Notes: a model not told the origin generated them from the sequence alone. 64,000 bases of DNA from a virus (IMGVR_UViG_3300033998_000095:32001-96000), one strand, 5' to 3'; positions 1 to 11,636 are shown, counted from the stretch's first letter. Program-made: numbers and translations.

Positions 1-1086
1 GAATTTAATAACTTGACATTTGAACATACCTTCAGCTACTTGTTCTCCAGTATCATAATTAATAACTTCTACAGCAGAATAATCTGTACCATTGGATGTA
101 GCAGTATCTATACCTATTATATATCTCTTATTATCATCTGGTTCTTCAAACCAGTAAATGTATCCATCTGGCAATGTTGTAGTTGATATTGGTGGATAGG
201 AAAGTGATTCATCTTGTAATCTTTTAATAATATCATCAGGAAATATAGAATCTGAGCTACCTAAAAATAACAATTCATATTCCTGATTCATTGTTTTCTC
301 ATCATAGTTATTTAAAGCTTTTTGCTTTTCATACCAATCATTATCATATACTGGTATCTCAGACCAATGGATTTTAACTGGAATATATGCTGATCTCTCT
401 GGATCAGTAATACTTTCCATCCACATCTTATAAAACTTTTCACCTTTACCAGTTCTTCCATTTGGAGTAGAAGATAAAACTACACCATAAGGTATGTTAT
501 TTTCTCTAGCTACTTTAAACGTATATCCAGCTGCATTTAAAATAGCCTTTAAATGGTCCTCCAAATGTATAAATGCAGCCTCATCTATCCATATAAATGT
601 AGGTCTCAAACCTCTACCTTTAGATGAGTTAATATCTCTAGTCTTATTACTTGCTTGTAAAATCAAAGATGAACCATTTGACAATTTAAACTCTTCAGCT
701 TTATTAATAGTATAAGATGGCCTCATCCAATCAGGCAATCTATTTATGATATCTTTAACTTCTTGTAAAGTTTCTCTACCCTGCTTTAGATCTCTTGTCA
801 TAAAGAGCACATCATAATTATCATTAAATATCATTAAATATGCTATAACAGCTTCATTCATTACAGTTTTACCACATTGTCTCGATGCAAGCAAAAGAAT
901 ACCATCTTTTTCTTTTTTAGTCCAAATTTCTTTTAGAGCGTTGATATATTTCATCTGACTGGGATATAGATTCAAATTGACTGTTGTACCCAATCCAGGA
1001 ACAGGTATCAATACATAATTTTTAAAGAAGTATGTTATATCATATAAGCATTTAAAGAATTCTTTAGCTTGCTCTTCAGCTTTCAA
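1..1086 (-). CDS. terL: Terminase large subunit, T4 gp17-like (3' end beyond window edge)
   Basis: Not in the ORF track; manual translation from TTG at 1086 gives LASRQCGKT (Walker A), FIWIDEAAF (Walker B), SSTPNG motif III and IIGIDTATSNGTDYS (RNase H-fold nuclease). Confidence 0.92.
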   Translation of the reverse strand, partial: MKAEEQAKEFFKCLYDITYFFKNYVLIPVPGLGTTVNLNLYPSQMKYINALKEIWTKKEKDGILLLASRQCGKTVMNEAVIAYLMIFNDNYDVLFMTRDLKQGRETLQEVKDIINRLPDWMRPSYTINKAEEFKLSNGSSLILQASNKTRDINSSKGRGLRPTFIWIDEAAFIHLEDHLKAILNAAGYTFKVARENNIPYGVVLSSTPNGRTGKGEKFYKMWMESITDPERSAYIPVKIHWSEIPVYDNDWYEKQKALNNYDEKTMNQEYELLFLGSSDSIFPDDIIKRLQDESLSYPPISTTTLPDGYIYWFEEPDDNKRYIIGIDTATSNGTDYSAVEVINYDTGEQVAEGMFKCQVIKF

Positions 1087-1104
1087 ATTGATTTCTTCCT
1101 TTAC

Positions 1105-2334
1105 CTATCCAGCATATGCATCATGAGTAGATACTGCATTTAACATTACATTTATAGTACCTTGTGCATTTTTGACCTTAGTTCGTTTGATATTAAATTG
1201 AATACCTGATATAAAAAATGTTATTTCACTTCCTATTTTATAGTTTACATGCTTATATTTCAATACAACTTTTCTACCTATATACCAGTGTGGAAATCTA
1301 AATGGTTGGGAAATACGAACAGATATAGGTTTAACAGTATTCAATATTATAGATGCTATACTTTCTCTTAAAGAATATTCATTATTCTGATCTAGATATA
1401 TTTTAGTGTTTGGTTGTACTATCTTGTCCAAATAATTCTCAAACGAATCAACACTATCTACAAACTTCATAGAACGTATTAAACTCATTACATCTATTTC
1501 ACTTTCTTTATACAGACCAGTATCACTTTTTTTGCATAGTGTTATTTTCTTTGGAATGAGTGCAGCAATACTATTAAATGAATTTGTTAATGAAGGAAGA
1601 TTTGGCAAAAAATACTGTCCATCATCTATCCTTATTTTATCTTGATCTTCTTGTGGTAAATCACCATATAATTCCAAAGCTTTTTCAGTTGTTGCATCAT
1701 TTAAGGATTTAATATACGCTACATTATCATGTAAATTAGTATAAATGATAGGGGGAATATTGAACATTCCATATCGTTGAGATATATATGCTAAATTGAC
1801 AAAGAACTTATTATTTGGTATCCATATCTGTTCATATTTCTCAGAATTATCTAATTTGGATACATTTAATCTTAATTTTCCATGATTTGTTTTTGACCAT
1901 AGACTATTAATAACATCTATAACTTTAACATTCTCATAAAGACCACCAACTACAGTATTAACACCAGTATACGCATCTTTAGCAACATATTCATGTCTGA
2001 CATTTATTATATCTGGTCTGGAAGATAAATCTGCTTCTCTATGTATATCAATCACAGCTTGACCAAAACTCAACCATTCACTATCTATTAAAGTTCTTTC
2101 TGTTTCACCCATATTCTTTTCAACGATAGTAATATGGACAGTATAAGGCATAAGAAGTAGATTTCTATATCTATTATCAATTCTAAAGTTCATTTTCATA
2201 CGTGGCACTAATTTATGATTTTGCATAATAAATGCAACTTCAAGAATCTCTTCTTGCAAAACAAGAGAAGTCTTAGTAAATTTAAACTCTGCCTTTATAT
2301 CAAATGCACTTTGCTTAACATCTGCATCAGGCAT
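1105..2334 (-). CDS. Virion structural protein, possibly baseplate hub-like
   Basis: 409-aa ORF in the baseplate cluster; no diagnostic motif. Confidence 0.35.
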   Translation of the reverse strand: MPDADVKQSAFDIKAEFKFTKTSLVLQEEILEVAFIMQNHKLVPRMKMNFRIDNRYRNLLLMPYTVHITIVEKNMGETERTLIDSEWLSFGQAVIDIHREADLSSRPDIINVRHEYVAKDAYTGVNTVVGGLYENVKVIDVINSLWSKTNHGKLRLNVSKLDNSEKYEQIWIPNNKFFVNLAYISQRYGMFNIPPIIYTNLHDNVAYIKSLNDATTEKALELYGDLPQEDQDKIRIDDGQYFLPNLPSLTNSFNSIAALIPKKITLCKKSDTGLYKESEIDVMSLIRSMKFVDSVDSFENYLDKIVQPNTKIYLDQNNEYSLRESIASIILNTVKPISVRISQPFRFPHWYIGRKVVLKYKHVNYKIGSEITFFISGIQFNIKRTKVKNAQGTINVMLNAVSTHDAYAG

Positions 2335-2335
2335 G

Positions 2336-3322
2336 TTATATCATCTCTATCTCTTTGTTGTCTGATGATTGTAATAATGATTTCAATTGTGTTAGTATAG
2401 CATTCTTAGCAACTCTAATTGCACTTGGATTGATGCTTCCTATTCTTGTGTAGAATATATCTGAAGCAATATTAACTGTATTCATCATAGCTACTAATTC
2501 AAAGCCAGATGATACACATATAGTACATGTTGCACCAAACATACGTGTAATTCTATTTCTGAAATCATCAACAGTAATATTCGGCATTATATTATATTCA
2601 GTTAATATTCTAAATATATCATTCCAACTTGAAACATCATCACTTGGTAGTTTTTCTGTTTTAATATTAAATCTAATCTTAGAATTCTCTTCTTTGGAGA
2701 AGAATCTTCTCAATGCACCAAATGCAATTGCTTTTTCATTACCCTGAAAATCAAAATAATGTGAACATATTAACCTAGCTATAAGATAAAAAACAGTACC
2801 AAGCTCCTGATCTGAAGCTTTTAAAATATCAAAATCTCTTATATAACATCTCATTAAAAGAGAATAACAGAATGCACAAGCAGCAAAATACAATGAATTT
2901 AATACTGTTTCATTATCAATATCATACAATATTAACTTTGTTAAACCATATGATATACATGATGCAAAATTGTTATAGTCTTGGATTATAATTTTATTTT
3001 TAGTCATATCTAAACGAGCAGAGCACACATCTATATTCAACACAACACCTTTAGATGTTGCATCAGTTACATATATCAATGCTGGTAATAAGCTAATTGC
3101 TTGGGGGAAAACAGATAATGATATATTGTTCAAAGTTAATTGCTTGATATATTCAGCATATGATGCTGAAAGTGCACTGGCTAATATATTATTAACTCTA
3201 TCAATACCATCAAAGTGTCTATGTGGTTCTTCTAAATTAATTCTCTTATCTGGTGGGTTTCTCAATATTGGTATTGTTATATTAAATATATCTGATGGTG
3301 TATTAGTCAATCCTTTAAACAT
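2336..3322 (-). CDS. Hypothetical protein
   Basis: 328-aa ORF with SD (AAGGTGG), abutting its neighbours. Confidence 0.6.
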   Translation of the reverse strand: MFKGLTNTPSDIFNITIPILRNPPDKRINLEEPHRHFDGIDRVNNILASALSASYAEYIKQLTLNNISLSVFPQAISLLPALIYVTDATSKGVVLNIDVCSARLDMTKNKIIIQDYNNFASCISYGLTKLILYDIDNETVLNSLYFAACAFCYSLLMRCYIRDFDILKASDQELGTVFYLIARLICSHYFDFQGNEKAIAFGALRRFFSKEENSKIRFNIKTEKLPSDDVSSWNDIFRILTEYNIMPNITVDDFRNRITRMFGATCTICVSSGFELVAMMNTVNIASDIFYTRIGSINPSAIRVAKNAILTQLKSLLQSSDNKEIEMI

Positions 3323-3342
3323 AATTATTCCACCTTTTAATT

Positions 3343-4005
3343 TTACTTCTTAATATATTTGTCTAATATATAAACATATTGTGTGAGTTTGTCCAAACCA
3401 ATTTCTTCTACTAACTTCTTAAATGCAGGCGTATTCTGAATATCTGTATAGTCAAAATTGGGAATTTTAATATTAAGCCAATTATCTATAGATGTTTCTG
3501 GATCTTTACCATTCTTTATGTATTCTTCATATATTTCTATAAACTCTTCAGGTGATGTTATCTCCTTAGCAGTATATGAATTAGATTGCTTTTTAGATAT
3601 TAATATATCCTTTATTTGTTCATTCGATAATAACTTAATGTTAGGATAATAATCAGATCTGAAGTTAGCATTAGTAGTTATTTTATTAAGTAAAAGAACT
3701 AAAATAAAGAAAGTAGTATTGTTATATTCATCATATGCTAATACTGGTGATTTATAATCCATATCAGGAGACATATTATATTGTTCTGTAGTCTCTACCA
3801 CTTGATCTATCTTATCCAATAAAAAAGAAATAGATATATCTGGAACATTCAAATATGTTAGAGAATCTCCAACATATACATATTTGTATTCTTCGACTGA
3901 TTTACCAGTTGCCTCTATAGTTAATGTTTCTATAACCTTACCAATTCTGAAATCACTTTCTTCTTTAACATGCTCTCTTATATCAGGAGATGTCCACATA
4001 TACAA
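3343..4005 (-). CDS. Baseplate wedge protein, T4 gp53-like (LysM-related)
   Basis: DMDYKSPVLAYDEYNNTTFFILVLLLNKI resembles the gp53 pattern Y(R/K)PDxxAYxxYxxxxxxWxxxxxN. Confidence 0.55.
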   Translation of the reverse strand: MYMWTSPDIREHVKEESDFRIGKVIETLTIEATGKSVEEYKYVYVGDSLTYLNVPDISISFLLDKIDQVVETTEQYNMSPDMDYKSPVLAYDEYNNTTFFILVLLLNKITTNANFRSDYYPNIKLLSNEQIKDILISKKQSNSYTAKEITSPEEFIEIYEEYIKNGKDPETSIDNWLNIKIPNFDYTDIQNTPAFKKLVEEIGLDKLTQYVYILDKYIKK

Positions 4006-4012
4006 TCATTCC

Positions 4013-5728
4013 TTAGGATGGTATAAACATAACTCTAACTTGATTGGCTGATTTATTAATATTAATAATTCTTCCAACTATTTGATCAGCATATTGTTTT
4101 CGTTCTGTTTTACTAATAACTTTCCCATAACCATTGTCATCAGGTATAATATAATCTCCAATTTGAGCATCTTCAACATTTACTACATCTACCCATACAT
4201 ATCCAGCAGAACATATTGGAAGTTTTTTACCAGATTTAATTTCTTCTTCACTACCACCAGCTAAATAAGCATAAGAATCTGAAACTATACCAATTACAGA
4301 TGAAGATCCTTTACTGGCTAATGCTACAGTATCATTGTCTACTATTGCTACTATTTTATTTTTTGCAGTTTCATATGAGAGACCATCTTCAGGTATCAAA
4401 CAATCAGCAAAGTCATTATATACTGCATTATACACTCTTGTAGCATAAAAATATCCATCTAAATTCAATCTATAAGCTGCTGTTGGTGCTGTAGATCCTG
4501 CATATAAATAACCTTCAGCTTTAGTGGTACCTGATATCTTCAGAGTACCAGTCATTACATCTCCAGCTTTTTTAACATAAGTATTGGTAGCTTCTGTTTT
4601 TGTAGCAAAGGTATTATTAGCATATGTTCTAAGACCAGTGATTTCATTATCAACATATCGTTTTGTAGCAGCATGCAATAAATTAGTTGGATCTGCATGG
4701 AGAGTAAGATAACCAGTCATAGAATCTCCAGCTTTTTTAACATAAGTTCCAGTTGCTTGGTTTTGTGTAACAAAATTGGTATCAACATAATTTTTTAAAT
4801 TATTTATACTGGTATCAACAAAACCCTTTGTAGCTGCATGCATTGTATTAACTGGATGATCATATAATGTTAAAAATCCAGTCATTGTAGTACCAAGCTT
4901 AGGCACATAATCAGCAACCAATCTATTATCTATTTCTTGAGCAGCATAGTCTACATACCCTTTAGTAGCTGCTTGTCTACTACCCAAGGGATCTCTAACA
5001 GTTGATGGGTGTACACTTAAAGTTAATACACCAGTCATAGTGTCTCCAGATTTCTTAACAAACCTATCATCATGTTGAGAATCATGATTGGCTATTACTG
5101 TATCCACATATTCCTTATTCGCTGCTTGATTTGGTTCAGTTGGAGTAACAACATAGATTATTGTATCTTCATCAATAACACCACCATATATAGGCGTAAA
5201 GCTTCCAGTTAACCATTTGGGAAGATAAGCTGGGTCTGCTCTTAAATCTTTAAAATTATCCTCATTAGCAATCCAAGTATTAAATGCTGATTCACTTGGT
5301 AAAGTTAACCAGTTACCAGTTTTAAGATAAAATAATTTTAAATGTTTCGTTTCATTATATGTTTCTATTGGAATAGTCTTAATGGAAGCAACTGCTAGTG
5401 GTTGTATTTTTCTATATTCATATTCAACAACTATAAAATATTCTTTTTGATTTATTGGGCCTGCATTAGGATCTAATACTACTATGGTAGATGGTTGTTT
5501 AAATTCAATACATACATAGTTCATAACTACAATACCATTGGTCAACTGCATAACTATCTTCTGTTGTGCTGAATCATATATAAACGTATAATCTAATCCA
5601 TCGATGTATATATTCTGTCTTCCAAGTATCTTTAATAATTTATTATGATTATCAGAAAATACTGGTGAAAATGGATCTATATTTCTTTCCTGAATAGCAT
5701 CCCATTGAGTTGTAAGCACATAAGCCAT
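4013..5728 (-). CDS. Tail fibre protein with repeats and C-terminal intramolecular-chaperone-like domain
   Basis: Repeated VKK(A/S)GDxMTGxLTL...HAATKxYVD units; C-terminal VYNAVYNDFAD...VIGIVS...GYVWV domain. Confidence 0.8.
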   Translation of the reverse strand: MAYVLTTQWDAIQERNIDPFSPVFSDNHNKLLKILGRQNIYIDGLDYTFIYDSAQQKIVMQLTNGIVVMNYVCIEFKQPSTIVVLDPNAGPINQKEYFIVVEYEYRKIQPLAVASIKTIPIETYNETKHLKLFYLKTGNWLTLPSESAFNTWIANEDNFKDLRADPAYLPKWLTGSFTPIYGGVIDEDTIIYVVTPTEPNQAANKEYVDTVIANHDSQHDDRFVKKSGDTMTGVLTLSVHPSTVRDPLGSRQAATKGYVDYAAQEIDNRLVADYVPKLGTTMTGFLTLYDHPVNTMHAATKGFVDTSINNLKNYVDTNFVTQNQATGTYVKKAGDSMTGYLTLHADPTNLLHAATKRYVDNEITGLRTYANNTFATKTEATNTYVKKAGDVMTGTLKISGTTKAEGYLYAGSTAPTAAYRLNLDGYFYATRVYNAVYNDFADCLIPEDGLSYETAKNKIVAIVDNDTVALASKGSSSVIGIVSDSYAYLAGGSEEEIKSGKKLPICSAGYVWVDVVNVEDAQIGDYIIPDDNGYGKVISKTERKQYADQIVGRIININKSANQVRVMFIPS

Positions 5729-5747
5729 TAATAATAACCTCCTCTAT

Positions 5748-6320
5748 TTAAAACACAAAAAACCATTCAATAATTATCTTATCCATATTAGATTTAGGAA
5801 TAGAAGGAAATGTTACATGAGATAACATAACAAAATTGATTTCATTGTGATCTTCTGATGGAGCAGCATATAATCCAGCTTCATTTATGTATGTATCTAT
5901 ACAATCATTATAGTCAATAGTCATAGAAAATTTAGCAGTAAGATAAGCAGAGTATGATATACTGTCTATTAATTTTTTATTTTTAGTTGGATTATATAAT
6001 GGTCCTCCTAAATCATTAAATGGTAATATATTATAAAGCTCAGCATCATTATCAGTTGGCCAAGTTGGCTGAAAGGGAGCATCTATTGTGGCTGCACCAT
6101 TACCTACAGAAAACCATCGTGGAACCCATTCGTTCTTAGCATTTGTATCACTATAAGGCAAATCAAATAGTCGCTGCATGATATAATTTCTACCAGTTAA
6201 TACAATTTTGTTGTTCTTATCAACTACAATATCATTGTTTTTATAGATCTTTACTCTACCCTCGAATGAATATCTATCCTTATATTTAATATTATCATAT
6301 AACTTAAGATGCTTGTCCAT
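5748..6320 (-). CDS. Baseplate/tail-collar protein
   Basis: NKIVLTGR, FSVGNG, INEAGLY and C-terminal IIIEW, typical of myovirus baseplate and fibre-attachment domains. Confidence 0.6.
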   Translation of the reverse strand: MDKHLKLYDNIKYKDRYSFEGRVKIYKNNDIVVDKNNKIVLTGRNYIMQRLFDLPYSDTNAKNEWVPRWFSVGNGAATIDAPFQPTWPTDNDAELYNILPFNDLGGPLYNPTKNKKLIDSISYSAYLTAKFSMTIDYNDCIDTYINEAGLYAAPSEDHNEINFVMLSHVTFPSIPKSNMDKIIIEWFFVF

Positions 6321-6356
6321 ATTATATTCATTTCCTCCTTTATTTATACACTCTAT

Positions 6357-8153
6357 TTAATATATTATATTTACTGGATTATATGATATATTTGTTAGAT
6401 CATATGGTATATTTGTTGGATAAGGATATATCATATTTTTTATTCTCATATTAAACGTTACATTATTAAAACTTTTTCCACGTGGTATATATACCACAGG
6501 TATAATCCAGCCAACATTATAAGGTAAATATGTTATATTAGCAATATCATCACAAGTCATAAACTCAGACATATCTAATACATCTGTAGGTCTAAGTTCT
6601 CTTGGATATGGATCTATAAATTGTGCTGAACCTATATCATATATATATGGTAATTTTTTCTTATACCAACCAATATTTTGTTTATAACACCAACAATTGC
6701 TTAATAATTCATTATGTCTATTATGGTGATGTATTATATTCTGTTCTGCATCAAAATTAAATGCAAATCTCACTTCTGGATCACACAATGCAGATATTTC
6801 TACATCAACAACACCATGTAATATTTTATATTTAGTTCGTCCTACTAAAATAACATCCCTATTCCAAGTATTAACAACAGTACCAGATATATGATCCCAT
6901 GTTAAATGTTCCAAATTTTGACGTAATTTATCTATTGTGTTCATTGTGGGTATATAAAATTTCCATGTAGAAGGAAAATGTCCACTATATGCTTTAGTAT
7001 ATATTTCTTCTTTAAATACTCTAGTTTCTTCATCTATTATTTCATCTTGTGTGTTAACCAACAAGGAATAATCAAAAACATTAACTACAGCGTCATCATC
7101 GTCTAAATTTGGTACATATCTTATATAATCAATAACAGAACGATATATAATTCTCTTTATATAATCTCTTATTTTGACGATGACATCATATAAACTATCA
7201 TCTTTAGTATCATCATAATCATATAATCTGTGCATTACACCAGTGACAATCTGTTTAGTTATTATTCTAGATATATAATCTGATGATGTTACAGATTCAT
7301 CTATATCACCATCTATTCGTAGTATGGGTGCAGTTTGTAAATTATAAGCATGATATGGTTTTACAAAGTCAACAATTATTTTCATATATATCTTGTACAA
7401 ATAAGAGAAAATAGCATATATACGCAATGGAAACATCTTCTTTGTAAAACCATATAATATCTGTTCTAATACAGCTAAAAAAGATAAATAGAATCTATTT
7501 CCATCAAGCAATGCTTTATTAAATAAGTTTAAATCGTCATCAATTGGTGTGTATTGACTATCAAAGAATTTAGCAAAAGGTTTAATATCAAATATGTAAT
7601 CTCTTGATACTCTAGTAATCATAGTAACTGAATTTAAAGCATCTTCAATAGCTTGTAGTCTTGCTTCTATCCAATTATAAAAAGGTTCATTCATTGTTTT
7701 TAATACTTCATATGATGAATAATTTAAAAAATTTGGTCCTGGTTTATAAAACCATTTTTCAATTGTTTGCATACGTAGAAACTTTTCATCTGTGTCATAT
7801 ACATTAGCAGAAAGTTCATCAAACATTTCCAATGCCATTGGGATATCAACATATGGATTATCAATAGGGCCATTCCATCCCATTGATGATATCCCCACAC
7901 TCTCTTGAACTTCTGGGGGAAAACCCCAATACATTCTATCAAATACCATCCACAAACCTAAACATAATTCATTAAAAGATATAAATTCTCCATATCCTTC
8001 AATTGATAATACTCTAGTATTGTATCCATGCAGTTCCTGATAATCATAATATTGTTTGACTATATCTAATGCAATAGCTGTTTCTTGTATCATATGTGTT
8101 GTTAAGAAATTATTTATTGAAAAATATGATGTTCGTTGTGGAAAATTAGACAT
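6357..8153 (-). CDS. Baseplate wedge-like structural protein
   Basis: IVDFVKPYHA resembles the KPxH motif of P2 gpI/T4 gp7-like wedge domains; baseplate cluster. Confidence 0.45.
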   Translation of the reverse strand: MSNFPQRTSYFSINNFLTTHMIQETAIALDIVKQYYDYQELHGYNTRVLSIEGYGEFISFNELCLGLWMVFDRMYWGFPPEVQESVGISSMGWNGPIDNPYVDIPMALEMFDELSANVYDTDEKFLRMQTIEKWFYKPGPNFLNYSSYEVLKTMNEPFYNWIEARLQAIEDALNSVTMITRVSRDYIFDIKPFAKFFDSQYTPIDDDLNLFNKALLDGNRFYLSFLAVLEQILYGFTKKMFPLRIYAIFSYLYKIYMKIIVDFVKPYHAYNLQTAPILRIDGDIDESVTSSDYISRIITKQIVTGVMHRLYDYDDTKDDSLYDVIVKIRDYIKRIIYRSVIDYIRYVPNLDDDDAVVNVFDYSLLVNTQDEIIDEETRVFKEEIYTKAYSGHFPSTWKFYIPTMNTIDKLRQNLEHLTWDHISGTVVNTWNRDVILVGRTKYKILHGVVDVEISALCDPEVRFAFNFDAEQNIIHHHNRHNELLSNCWCYKQNIGWYKKKLPYIYDIGSAQFIDPYPRELRPTDVLDMSEFMTCDDIANITYLPYNVGWIIPVVYIPRGKSFNNVTFNMRIKNMIYPYPTNIPYDLTNISYNPVNIIY

Positions 8154-8180
8154 TAATAATTCATCTCCTATCTACAACTA

Positions 8181-10445
8181 TTATAATAAAACAATTTCAT
8201 TATAATGTTGAGGATCCAATAAAGGACCAATCTGAAGAGGCTCGTAGGTTGTAATTATTAAATATGGTGTATTATAACTTAACCAATCGTAGTAAGCTAA
8301 ATCTAATATTGGTTTAAAGGTAATTATAAACTGAGTATCAACTTTATAATATCTATCCCCATATAAAAACAATTGCCATTTGAAATTATTATCATCCACA
8401 CATCTTAAATTACCCATACAATCCATACCAATTATTCTCAATAATGATCCAGAATGTAATATCTGAATAGATCTCTCTAAATACATATCATAGCATATAC
8501 ACATATAATCATCTACAACAGATCTGTAATTTGATGAATTGTAATCATAATTTATAACTTTACCACTAACATATAGCCTTTTATCTCTACCAATAAAAAA
8601 TGAAATATTATCATCCAAATAAAACTCGTCTATGTCATACATAAATATATCATTACTTATATTTTGAGTAAATACTTCTCTTTCAGGTAAAGTATCTAAT
8701 AAAGAGCATTGTTGTACGTAGTTTTCTAATTTATAGACATCAAATCCAATAACACCTGAAGTATTATCTATGAAATACATAAAATTGTTAGTGCACATAA
8801 ACTTGTTTAATGGTCTTGATCCAAGATCAATATTAAATGTAATAGTTAGCTTATCTAAGAAATCAGATTTCATCGAAAACCATGTATTGTTTGTTTTATT
8901 AATAACTATTATATCACTTGAAAACAAAATAAATAAAAATTCATTATAATCATAACTCTGTTTAATATGCAATGAATTATCATTCAAATAATCTGTTAAT
9001 GACATATTGTTTATAATATGAACTATATTATTAAAACTTAATGTTGAAACGACATTGCGAAACGTATCTATCATCATACCATTAGTGTTGTCATCACTAC
9101 TTGTAAACAATAGATATTTATCAGACATAAAAGCACAAGCTATATCTGATAGATGAGAACAATTAAATGCTGAGATATAATTATTTTTGACCCACCAATT
9201 GCTTTCAACACTAACATCTATCCACGTTGGTTCACCATCTTGATTATAATTAAATGTAGTTCCAGATAGATGTGTTCTAATACACTCTTTTGGTGTACCA
9301 TTATGAATAACTATACTACCAACTAGATATTGTGTGTTTGGTTGCCATGTACTATAAGCATCAAGGTATTCCTGTAAATAATAATCATACCATTCTTGAT
9401 CATATAATACATATTTTGTTTCAATATTGTTGTTTTTAGTATTTATTATGTAACATATTGTTTTGGTCTTAAATTGTGGTGGTCCAGATATATCAGCTAC
9501 TGGTTTGGTAGTCATAACATTACCATGACCATCTTCTACATCATAGGATATTCTAAACTTATTTAAGGGTATATTATCGTGATCTACTGAAACAGGATAG
9601 TCTAATTTAACTACAACAGCAGCCTTATTTGTAAAGGAATTAAAATTGAAACTCCCTACTTCTTTAATAGATATATAATCTGGTAAGTTTAGATATTTCT
9701 GTAAATGTTTAAAATTATCTAGATTGTATGTACATAACCAGTTTTTTGGATATATAAATGTATTTTTCAAAGCTATACTATCTAATGTCTGCTCATCTAA
9801 ATACCATAATATATCATCCACTTCACTAAGTTTTATATCATTAGCCACTAATACATTTTTATATTGTTTAGCCACATCAGAATAATATACTGTATCTGGA
9901 ACTAGATACCATTCATCCAATGTTCTATTCAGATCATATTCATTTATTGTAAAAAATGTATAACCCAGTTGAACTAAAAAGTCTCCTAATAAATTTGGTG
10001 TGCCTTTTTTGCGCAAAAAAGAATATATTTTGTATGCTATATTCTGTCTAGAATTAAAATCGAATATATCATATATATCGAACCCATATGATATTAATAT
10101 ATCATTGATGATATCACTATCCAATTCATATACATTAGTTATATTTCTTCTTGTGGTAACTAATGTATTTATGACAGAAAATATTTTAGTAATTAAAAGC
10201 ATTATATTATTATAATCTTCATGATTGTATATATTTTGATACACTACATTATCAATATGTGTTGTAACCAGATCTTCAGACTGAAAATATCGTTCTTTCA
10301 TCATTGTTTGTGATATTTTAGAAAAGTCATTAGTTCTAATTGCATCTAATAATAATTTAAACATAACAATAGGTACATTAAGTGTAGAAAGAGAAGCCTC
10401 TAACTCTTGCAATGAGGATGTGTTTTTTAAATTGATATTATTCAT
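8181..10445 (-). CDS. Baseplate wedge-like protein with CBM5/12-like carbohydrate-binding module
   Basis: LRKKGT wedge motif; WQPNTQYLVGSIVIHNG...C...H...W matches a CBM5/12-type pattern. Confidence 0.5.
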   Translation of the reverse strand: MNNINLKNTSSLQELEASLSTLNVPIVMFKLLLDAIRTNDFSKISQTMMKERYFQSEDLVTTHIDNVVYQNIYNHEDYNNIMLLITKIFSVINTLVTTRRNITNVYELDSDIINDILISYGFDIYDIFDFNSRQNIAYKIYSFLRKKGTPNLLGDFLVQLGYTFFTINEYDLNRTLDEWYLVPDTVYYSDVAKQYKNVLVANDIKLSEVDDILWYLDEQTLDSIALKNTFIYPKNWLCTYNLDNFKHLQKYLNLPDYISIKEVGSFNFNSFTNKAAVVVKLDYPVSVDHDNIPLNKFRISYDVEDGHGNVMTTKPVADISGPPQFKTKTICYIINTKNNNIETKYVLYDQEWYDYYLQEYLDAYSTWQPNTQYLVGSIVIHNGTPKECIRTHLSGTTFNYNQDGEPTWIDVSVESNWWVKNNYISAFNCSHLSDIACAFMSDKYLLFTSSDDNTNGMMIDTFRNVVSTLSFNNIVHIINNMSLTDYLNDNSLHIKQSYDYNEFLFILFSSDIIVINKTNNTWFSMKSDFLDKLTITFNIDLGSRPLNKFMCTNNFMYFIDNTSGVIGFDVYKLENYVQQCSLLDTLPEREVFTQNISNDIFMYDIDEFYLDDNISFFIGRDKRLYVSGKVINYDYNSSNYRSVVDDYMCICYDMYLERSIQILHSGSLLRIIGMDCMGNLRCVDDNNFKWQLFLYGDRYYKVDTQFIITFKPILDLAYYDWLSYNTPYLIITTYEPLQIGPLLDPQHYNEIVLL

Positions 10446-10465
10446 TATTCAATCTCCATCTATTG

Positions 10466-11635
10466 TTAGAAATTAATACTAATTTGAGACAACGTATGTA
10501 ACTTCCTGGATATAATAATAAATTCCAATGTTGCTTCTAATAGATTAGTTGCTTTCATATCAGAAGATGTTTCAGTTATATCATTAACTGGATCAACTGA
10601 ATTTAAAAGATATAAAAACTCTCTTAACAATGCTGTTAACATCAATTCATTTTGGGGAATATCTAATGTAGGATTGGATATTGCTTCTTTAAAAGCATTT
10701 ATTGATAATTTAGCTTCTAATACTTTATCTGGATAGAAAGACTCTATTACATCTATATCATATGTATCTGTAATAGAAGTAGTATATTCTTGATAATCTA
10801 AAAACAGTTTTATTCTTGGATTGAAATAAGATCTTGTAAACTTATAATTAATTTCATCTGCATTGAACATATGTGGTAAAAACAATAAATTAAAAACACT
10901 ACTATTAATAATATGATCTACATATTTTTCTGATAGCAAGGTTACATTTGGAGGAATTATTGTTTCATAAGTATTAAGTATAAAATCAATTTCAGGAAAT
11001 GAATGTTTATTATCATTAAAATGTGCACATATATTTGTATGATATAACGAATTTAAATAGTTAATTACTTTCTCAAGACGTGATAATAATATTAAGAATG
11101 TCTGTCCTTGAGAGAATGGCAAAATAGATTTTAAATATTCTATGAATATATATTCACCATTTATATTATATTGTTCCCAATTTGCAAATGGTCTAAACTG
11201 TTCAACTACACATCTATAATAAGCTCTATTTAATGCTGCTGAACGTTCTATATTAACTATCATCCAATATACATAATCTCCATCTATATTAAAATGCAAT
11301 ATATCTCCAACTGTTGGTACAACATTAGTAGAAGGATCTATAACAATAGATGTCTGCGTATCTTGAGAGTAATTAACTCCTCTTTCAGAGGAATTCATGG
11401 CAGGTAATACCTGTTGAATAAATGTTATTGGAAGCATATATATCTTATGCCATTTCCTACCAGATAACTCACCAGTAGTTCTATATGTTTGAATATAATT
11501 TTCATCAAATACTGTATTTTGATAATCTAATTTATAATACGTAGAGTATATAACATTGTTCCAATCAGCATAATCATTATATACTAATTTCTGATACTCA
11601 TCAGCATAATTTGTTAATCTAATAGTAGGTTGCAT
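10466..11635 (-). CDS. Virion protein, possibly neck/head-closure (gp14-like)
   Basis: PTVGDILHF beta-barrel-like motif and structural-gene context. Confidence 0.35.
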   Translation of the reverse strand: MQPTIRLTNYADEYQKLVYNDYADWNNVIYSTYYKLDYQNTVFDENYIQTYRTTGELSGRKWHKIYMLPITFIQQVLPAMNSSERGVNYSQDTQTSIVIDPSTNVVPTVGDILHFNIDGDYVYWMIVNIERSAALNRAYYRCVVEQFRPFANWEQYNINGEYIFIEYLKSILPFSQGQTFLILLSRLEKVINYLNSLYHTNICAHFNDNKHSFPEIDFILNTYETIIPPNVTLLSEKYVDHIINSSVFNLLFLPHMFNADEINYKFTRSYFNPRIKLFLDYQEYTTSITDTYDIDVIESFYPDKVLEAKLSINAFKEAISNPTLDIPQNELMLTALLREFLYLLNSVDPVNDITETSSDMKATNLLEATLEFIIISRKLHTLSQISINF

Positions 11636-11636
11636 T

